The notes under the pieces were generated by a model, which saw nothing but the letters and a program-made list of their open reading frames with translations, ran no database searches and had not been told where the DNA came from. DNA of 63,934 nt, filler included, from Licmophora abbreviata (Eukaryota), in the NCBI GenBank assembly GCA_900291995.1. It is 13 parts of 13 records of this genome, joined end to end, with 100 filler letters (N's around TTAATTAATTAA, not from the genome) between each part and the next. Parts side by side here need not be neighbours in the genome. Positions count along the whole stretch, not along the records: positions 54,515 to 57,740 come from OLMU01001449.1; positions 57,841 to 59,521 come from OLMU01001450.1; positions 59,622 to 61,764 come from OLMU01001452.1; positions 61,865 to 63,934 come from OLMU01001461.1; 9 more parts are not named here. One strand, 5' to 3'. Shown here one piece after another: positions 57,288 through 63,934 of the stretch. The position numbers were made by a program, and so were the translations under genes. Every line of letters starts with the position of its first letter. Position 1 is the first letter of the stretch.

Positions 57288-59521
57288 ATGAAAAAAGAAC
57301 AAGCTTCTCCCAATGAGGTGTTGAACGTGAATGTGGGAGTGCTCGGCCATGTGGACAGTGGAAAAACGTCGGTATGCAAGACATTGTCGACCCTGTTGTC
57401 GACGGCGGCCCTCGACAAGTCCAAGGAAAGCCGACAACGAGGCATGACGCTAGATTTGGGCTTTTCCTGCTTCTTTCTGGACATGCCCCAGCATCTTCAA
57501 GATAGGTATCCAGACAAAACAAAGCTCCAAATGACTCTGGTGGACTGTCCTGGTCATGCGAGTCTGATTCGGACCATTATTGGGGGTGCCCAGATCATTG
57601 ATATGGTTCTGTTGGTGGTCGACGCGTTCAAAGGGTGGCAGGCCCAAACGACGGAATGTCTAGTCTTGGCAGAGCTCACGAGTCCACACTTGGTAGTGGC
57701 GCTCAACAAGATTGACATGTTTGCTCCGGAGGAGCGAGAGNNNNNNNNNNNNNNNNNNNNNNNNNNNNNNNNNNNNNNNNNNNNTTAATTAATTAANNNN
57801 NNNNNNNNNNNNNNNNNNNNNNNNNNNNNNNNNNNNNNNNCATGTTTGCTCCGGAGGAGCGAGAGGCGAAACTTAAACAAGTCAAGGCCGGTATTCACGA
57901 ACGACTGAAGAGTACGCGATTTGCCGACGCTCCGCTCGTGGGAGTTGCGGCCTGTATCGGTGGAGAAAAGGTGGCTGCCGCCACCGTGACTTCCGAGGAT
58001 GTCCCTTTATCTACCTATCGTATGGATCACTTGGTGCAAATTTTGAAGGAGGAATTGCCACCGCCTGGGCGCGTGGCGTCAGGGCCGTTCTACTTTTCGA
58101 TTGATCACTGTTTTCCTATTCGAGGGCAAGGCACTGTTTTGACGGGAACGGTACTGAATGGCTCTGCGTCTGTCAATGATATGATTGAGTTTCCCACGCT
58201 GGGTCTGGAGCGCAAAATCAAGTCGATGCAGATGTTTCGAAGGTCCTGTCAAAACATCCAGCAAGGCGATCGGGCTGGTGTGTGTATCAGCAATTTCGAT
58301 GCCAAGCTTTTGGAACGAGGCGTCGCTGCCAAGCCAGGAGCTGTGAAGCTATTGAAGGGTGCAGTTGCGCTGGTACGGAAGGTGCCGTACTTTTCTGGAA
58401 GGCTTCAGGGAGGAAGCAAATTTCACATTAGTTTCGGGCATGTAACCGTCATGGCGACTGCTACCTTTTGGGGTGCTCGTGAGCTGGCATTGATGGGTTC
58501 GTCACCAGTGGAGCTCGAGTCATCGGTGAGCCCCTCGACAAAAGAGGGAACAATCAAGAAGAAGACAGCTACCCTTCGCGGTCATTCTTCGCTTGGTGGC
58601 GATGCCGACATGGCTGGGTTACCTCATATCGACTTTGATTTTCAACAGGATTTCGTCCAGCAAGATGGACTGATCGAATCGTTGGGCAGCGAAAAAGATG
58701 GCAGTCGACAATCACTGTTACAATGGGCCCTGTTGGATTTTCAGATGCCCGTCTATTGTCCTCTGGATTCTCTCGTGATTGGATCTCGACTGGATACAGT
58801 CGACAATAACAGTTGCTCCTCATCGTCTTGCCGACTAGCTTTTTCGGGACGTCTGGTCGAGAAAGTGGATCCTGTGAAGGACGCGTCTCGGATACGACTC
58901 TACACTTGCAAGGAAAAGCGGGGGGTCATTTCGCGGCTGGGAGATCCACATCGACGAGAAGATGAAAGAGTTGTTCGGTACGAAGTTTTTGGATCAGACT
59001 TGTTCAAGAAGGAAACCAACATGAAACTTTTTGTCGGTATGAAGCTAGTCACAGAGAAAGGAGAGATGGGCGAGATCAAGAGTTCCTTTGGCACTTCGGG
59101 CAAGTTTCGAGTTTACTTTCCAGCCGGAACAGAGGCAAAGGAAGGCGATGCCCTGCTTCTCAAATTCAAGCGCTACGTCCACGACCCAGAAAAGGCTATG
59201 CATCAGAATCTTCAGTTGCCAAAGGCCCGATCAGGAGTTCGACTCGAAGTAAAAAAAAGAAAAAGAGCAAGGTGACGGCAACCGGAGAAGTCGTGACCAC
59301 CAAAGGTGACATATTGGAGAATGGCAAGCATAGCATCGCCATTGTCGCTGGCTTCTTCACTCCAGAGGTAAATATTCGAGAAAGAGTGGGTGCACGAGTC
59401 GTTGTTTCGAGCACAGGTGAGGAAGGCAAGATTGTTGGCTCGTTCGGAAAGGCCGGAAAGTGCAAAGTGGCGTTCGAGACGGGTATCAGCGCGGAGATCG
59501 GTGCGAAGGCGGACTTGCTCT
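57288..59521 (+). CDS. EEFSEC: Selenocysteine-specific elongation factor; spans a spacer; 1-nt frameshift in the A8 run at 59251-59258; 3' end at the gap
   Basis: NVNVGVLGHVDSGKTS, STAALDK, RGMTLDLGFS, LVDCPGHASLIRTIIGGAQIID, NKID, DHCFPIRGQGTVLTGT, IGSRLD, CRLAFSG, LFKKETN, SFGTSGKF. Confidence 0.95.
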
Positions 59522-60172
59522 NNNNNNNNNNNNNNNNNNNNNNNNNNNNNNNNNNNNNNNNNNNNTTAATTAATTAANNNNNNNNNNNNNNNNNNNNNNN
59601 NNNNNNNNNNNNNNNNNNNNNGGGAATGATCGTCTGTCCTCGTCGGTTGACCGTTCGCCCTTCGTCGGCCCTTCGAAACCAGTATAGCGGATGCATAACA
59701 AGTGCCAACCGCTATGCACGAGCAGACAATCCTCAGCATCGCAGGTGACAGACAGACTTTCGAACAGACAACATAGCTTCCGACGTTCGTGACTAAGAAA
59801 TGTCATCGGACACTTTTTTCGAATAATCATGGATGTAGGAAAGGCAATAGAAAGTTGCAAGTCGGGATCGTAGAAGGGCAACATTTATCCCATCTCTCTT
59901 ATTTGTTTTACTTATGAGACGTATGGAAAATATCAATTTATTCCCGAACTGTCACGAAGCGAAGACACATTCCCAGATTTCGATTTCGCAACAACCCTCA
60001 CAACTTTGTGGCGAATCGAGTTTTCGCAACGATCGTTGAAGACGCTTCCTTTAAGTTCCACCCTGAGGTCGCTTGAAATAAAGTCCATATCAACCAGTGT
60101 TTTGCAGTCTACATGGCATTGATCAACCAACAGTAGATCTCTTGCTTTTGACCGAGTAAAATTGGCAAGATC

Positions 60173-61764
60173 ATGTTCAGCATCGTGACACCGGCAGTGA
60201 CTTTGTGTCTCTTATGGGGTGCATTCATTCTGCCTTCTCCGGTCCTGGCAACAGGCACTCCAAGGGTGAGTAGCTCCTAGTTAGCAGGAGTGTTTCCACT
60301 TTGTCCCACTTGGCCTTGCGGCTTATTCTCACCAATCGTTTCTGGTTGCTCGTATGCATTCGTCTGCCTCCATGTTGTCACAGCCGGTACGAGAATTGAG
60401 CGACAGAAAGTGAAAGTAGAGTAATCATTGCTAACTCACCCAAACACATTGTTCTTAATCCTATATATTATCCATCAGGATAAGAAGAAACCTAAAATCA
60501 GAGTTTTCTACCGTGCGAAGCCCAAGAAGATCTCTGCGCCGGGAGGTGACATCCTATACACGGTGACTATCAAAAACAAGTTGAACAAAGTTGACCCAGT
60601 GACTATTTTGTCTCTTACATCTGACGAATTTGGTTCCCTAAGTGGTGTAGGTGGCTGCGAAGTCGATATTGTAATTCAGCCTGGAGGGGTGTATTCCTGC
60701 ATGTTCACACAGCAAGTGTTGGGCAACGTCAGTGATATCAAGAAGGACACAGTCACAGCCATAGGAAAAGACGATGAGGGAATGGAGGCCTCTGATGAAG
60801 ACGATGCCTCAGTGACCATCACTGTTGGAAAGGCGCCAAAGCATCAATATCCTACGGTAAGTCGACAGGTAGATTGTTCCCTCCAAATGAATCTGTCTAT
60901 GATCTCACACGCCACAACTAATTGAATAACTCCAGCCCCGTCCATACGCACCATCGCGCAGGCCCACAAACAAGCCCACACGCCTCTCGGAAAACAATCC
61001 CAGCATCAAGGTTGAATACTTCGTAGATCCCCAGACCATCCATGCTCCGGGGGAGTCTGTGAAGTTCTCCGTAGTAGTTGAGAATTTGTCCGATGCCACA
61101 GACCCCGTGACCATCACGTCTCTCCAGTCCGAGACATTCGGCAACCTCGACGGGAAGGGCGACTGCAGCGATAACGTCGTGGTTCTTTCTGGCGAGGAAT
61201 ACTCATGCATGTTTACAAAGGAAGTCAACTGGCAAAGCAGGCGACGTAGTGACTGACACTGTGATTGCCTCAGGAGAAGACGATGAGGGGATGGCTGTTT
61301 CCGATAGCGACAACATCTCTGTCAAAATCGCTGCAGCTCCGACGCAGATGCCCACGGTAAGCCTTCGGGTCGATTGTAGATGTCGCCAAAGGATTGCTTG
61401 TCCGGCTTGTCTTTCTCATATTATTTTTGTCTGATTGGTCACAGCCCCATCCGTATCCCACCCGCCGACCCACTCAAAGGCCATATCCCACCGGCCGACC
61501 CACTCAAAGGCCAGTCGAGAAGGAGCCAGAGATTGCTGTCGATTACGCAGCCATTCCTCCCACAATCTTCGCTCCCGGAGACACTGTCACATTCAAACTG
61601 ACGATTGAAAACAGGTCTAGCCCTACCGATCCAGTTGCAATAACAAGTCTCGAATCGACCGAATTCGGCACGGTGGGTGGAAAGGGTGACTGTCCGGTCA
61701 TCCTTGAAATTCAGTCTGGCCAAGCGTATTCCTGTATGTTCACACAGCGTATCACCGGTGAAGC
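60173..61764 (+). CDS. Second secreted Ig-like-repeat / Pro-Thr-linker protein, paralogue of 31755..35708; 3'-partial; apparent extra A at 61227-61228
   Basis: 31-codon signal exon MFSIVTPAVTLCLLWGAFILPSPVLATGTPR (60173-60265); repeat exons 60479-60856, 60936-61356 and 61445->61764 carry the DPVTI.SL...FG...G.G.C...YSCMFT...G.DDEG consensus. Confidence 0.85.
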
Positions 61765-62066
61765 NNNNNNNNNNNNNNNNNNNNNNNNNNNNNNNNNNNN
61801 NNNNNNNNTTAATTAATTAANNNNNNNNNNNNNNNNNNNNNNNNNNNNNNNNNNNNNNNNNNNNCCAAGCACGCGAGGGCGTGCATGTGCCGAGGATGTT
61901 GTCATTGGCGATGGAAGATGAAGGAAACGATAATGATACTATTGGGAGTACCGCCGCTGGTACTAGTATGTGAGAACGATCCATTCTTTTGTAGATTCTC
62001 ATCATCCACAACGAAGTCTCTCGTATCGAACGCATTTTGTCTATATGTTCTAGCTAGCGTATTCGT

Positions 62067-63934
62067 TTAGTCTGTCTTGCTCTTGAGCCTTTCTGCCTGC
62101 TGTGTTAAGGCGCGCTGAGTCAAGTTCCTCGACATGGTATCGCCTGTATCACGGACCATACTGGCAAAGTGACCATCGGGGTTTTCGATCAATTCCGCCG
62201 GACTGCCGTATTCCAGCACATGCCCATTGCCCAAGACGAGAATATGATCATGATCAATCACCGTGTCGAGTCGATGCGCGACGGACAGTATGGTTGCTCC
62301 CTCGAATGATTTCTGCAATGCTTCTTGGAGTAGCTGATCCGTCTTGCGATCGACATTGGCCGTTGGTTCATCCAGAACCAACACGCGGTGTTTGCATAGA
62401 ATCGCACGCGCCAAACACAGCAGCTGGCGTTGCCCGACTGAAAAATTGGTTCCGCCTTCGGCGACAAAGGAATTCCATCCCTGGGGGAGCTCTTCAATTA
62501 CTCTAGCCATGTGAACATCTTCCAATGCTTCTTGAATCACTGCATCGACGTGCGTGTGGAAGGGATCGAGATTGTCGCGGACACTACAACCGCTAAACAA
62601 GACGGGGACTTGAGGAATGACACTCATGTGTGTGCGTAAAGTGTGCAATCCCAAAGTAGAAATATCAACGCCTGCTAGTTGAATCGAGCCATGCTCGGCT
62701 TCCAGTAAGCGAAAGAGTGACTGTACCAATGTGGATTTGCCACTAAAAGAGGGAGAGGGTGGGAGTGGCGTGAGACTATGCGGAGCTCCCGCAGACAAGA
62801 AAGCCTCTGCTCGTGACACACGCACCTTCCGGTTCGTCCGACGACACCAACGCGGGCCCCACTAGGAATTTGAAAGCTGATCTTCTCCAACGACAGAGGC
62901 AGGCTATCCCGATAGCGGACGGAAAGCTGGGTCACATCAATTGTTCCTTCTCGAGGCCAACCCTTTTTAATCAGCGCAGCGTCAGAGTCTTTCTCCAGAG
63001 CCGCTTCGGAAGGGACGTTTTCGAATCCTAGCACACGCTCCACTGAAACCATCTGATTGACGACTTCAGCGCTCTGACGAATGCACCATTGGAATATTCC
63101 TGCAAGTTGTAGCAACGTCGACAGTGCCAGTCCCATAATGGCAGAATCAACGGAAAACCACCCCTGTTGCTGGAAAAGTACTGACAGGAAGCTAGCAACG
63201 GCCAGAAGCATAAAAACAAGACTGTCCATGCGAAAGCCAACCCAGCGTGAGCTCGCCATAAAGGCGAAGAACGCCCGAGAGTGAGCGTTGTGAGCTTCTT
63301 CGAACTTGCCACGGAAATAGGCGAGTGCGTCGTTAGAGCGGATGGTGCCAATCCCGTTCAGTGACTCGCTTAGCATGGCAAAAATTGGGGATCGCGCTAG
63401 GCCTTCCAGTCGTTTCAATTCGCGTGTGGTTGTAACAAAGACGCGACGGACCGAAAAGAAGTACCATAGCATCGGAGGCAATGCAACAAGGGTGTATGGG
63501 AGCACGACCATGGCCGTAATAACCGCACCAATCACGATGAAAAAAATCATGAGGAAATCAAACAGACTTCACATAGGGTGGCACCGAAGCCAAGTGTAAG
63601 CAAGCATGTGTCATAAAAACGCGGTGGACAGTTCATTCACGCATTCTTCACTCACGTATGAGGCAGTAGGTCGTCGTTACTTCCCACGTCGGCTGAGAAG
63701 CGGTTCAAGATGCGACCCAACGGGTTTGTATCAAAGAATTCGATTTTCGCTCGGAGCACAGCTTTCGCCATACCATCGTGGAGCCGACGAGATGCTTGCA
63801 CGGTCAGATGAAAGCTTATCATGGCACGAAACACTGAAAGGACAATGACGGTGCAAGCCAGCCCAATGACCAGCCCCAAAATATCCCACGTGCGCTGGTC
63901 TTCTGTGGGACGCTCCGCCCATCGTCCGAGAGCC
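62067..63934 (-). CDS. ABCC/MRP-type ABC transporter, C-terminal half (5'-partial), 2 introns
   Basis: FFDTNPLGRILNRFSAD, ELKRLEGLARSPIF, SVERV, GVVGRTG|SGKS, IPQVPVLFSG, NFSVGQRQLLCLARA, LDEPTANVD, VAHRLDT. Confidence 0.95.

Larger units (their letters stand above)
20022..61864. other. Twelve artificial 100-nt assembly spacers N44-TTAATTAATTAA-N44, starting at 20022, 30281, 35972, 39826, 41931, 43666, 49557, 51979, 54415, 57741, 59522 and 61765
   Basis: Identical six-frame-stop linker flanked by N runs. Confidence 0.98.

Noticed and set aside
3650..59521. A window-wide sulfur/selenium gene cluster (rhodanese, SulP, sulfotransferase, selenoprotein candidate, TauD fusion, eEFSec)
   Set aside because: The genes are scattered over 55 kb among unrelated housekeeping genes and many gaps, so chance is sufficient.
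27870..61230. Frameshifts at about 27876, 32446, 59251-59258 and 61227 as programmed recoding or pseudogenisation
   Set aside because: All four are plus or minus one base in a homopolymer context within otherwise intact genes, the typical pyrosequencing-type error pattern.
20022..61864. Recurring TTAATTAATTAA palindromes as a repeat, CRISPR-like array or transposon target
   Set aside because: Always centred in N44 runs; this is an artificial six-frame-stop linker.

Overview
Gene-dense eukaryotic nuclear DNA, almost certainly from a diatom. This is an inference from short GT-AG introns of about 80-100 nt, bipartite signal + ASAF-type plastid presequences and Pro/Thr-linker secreted proteins. 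The window is 13 contigs joined by twelve artificial 100-nt spacers (N44-TTAATTAATTAA-N44). Several single-base homopolymer indels break otherwise intact genes. About 29 protein genes are recognisable, including a YqeH/NOA1 GTPase, a P450 with one in-frame TAG, a sulfurtransferase, SF3A3, a PDR/ABCG transporter, CTR9, a SulP transporter, a TPR-sulfotransferase, a rhomboid, a PDI-like protein, a plastid phosphate translocator, two modular Ig-repeat secreted proteins, a RING-CH/MYND protein, an STE20 kinase, a TauD-AKR fusion head-to-head with a Gfo/Idh/MocA oxidoreductase, a CXXC-PHD protein, an OTU protease, eEFSec and a partial ABCC transporter. The most striking observation is a small gene at about 22850-23789 (minus strand). 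After splicing it reads ...RKCGFCMG-UGA-AGQTNCPVSGL-stop, a candidate 82-aa plastid-targeted selenoprotein with a CxxCxxU-x5-CP motif. Its SECIS-like hairpin is cut in two by a 343-nt 3'UTR intron and forms only in the spliced mRNA. All gene models and RNA folds were derived by eye, with no database searches.
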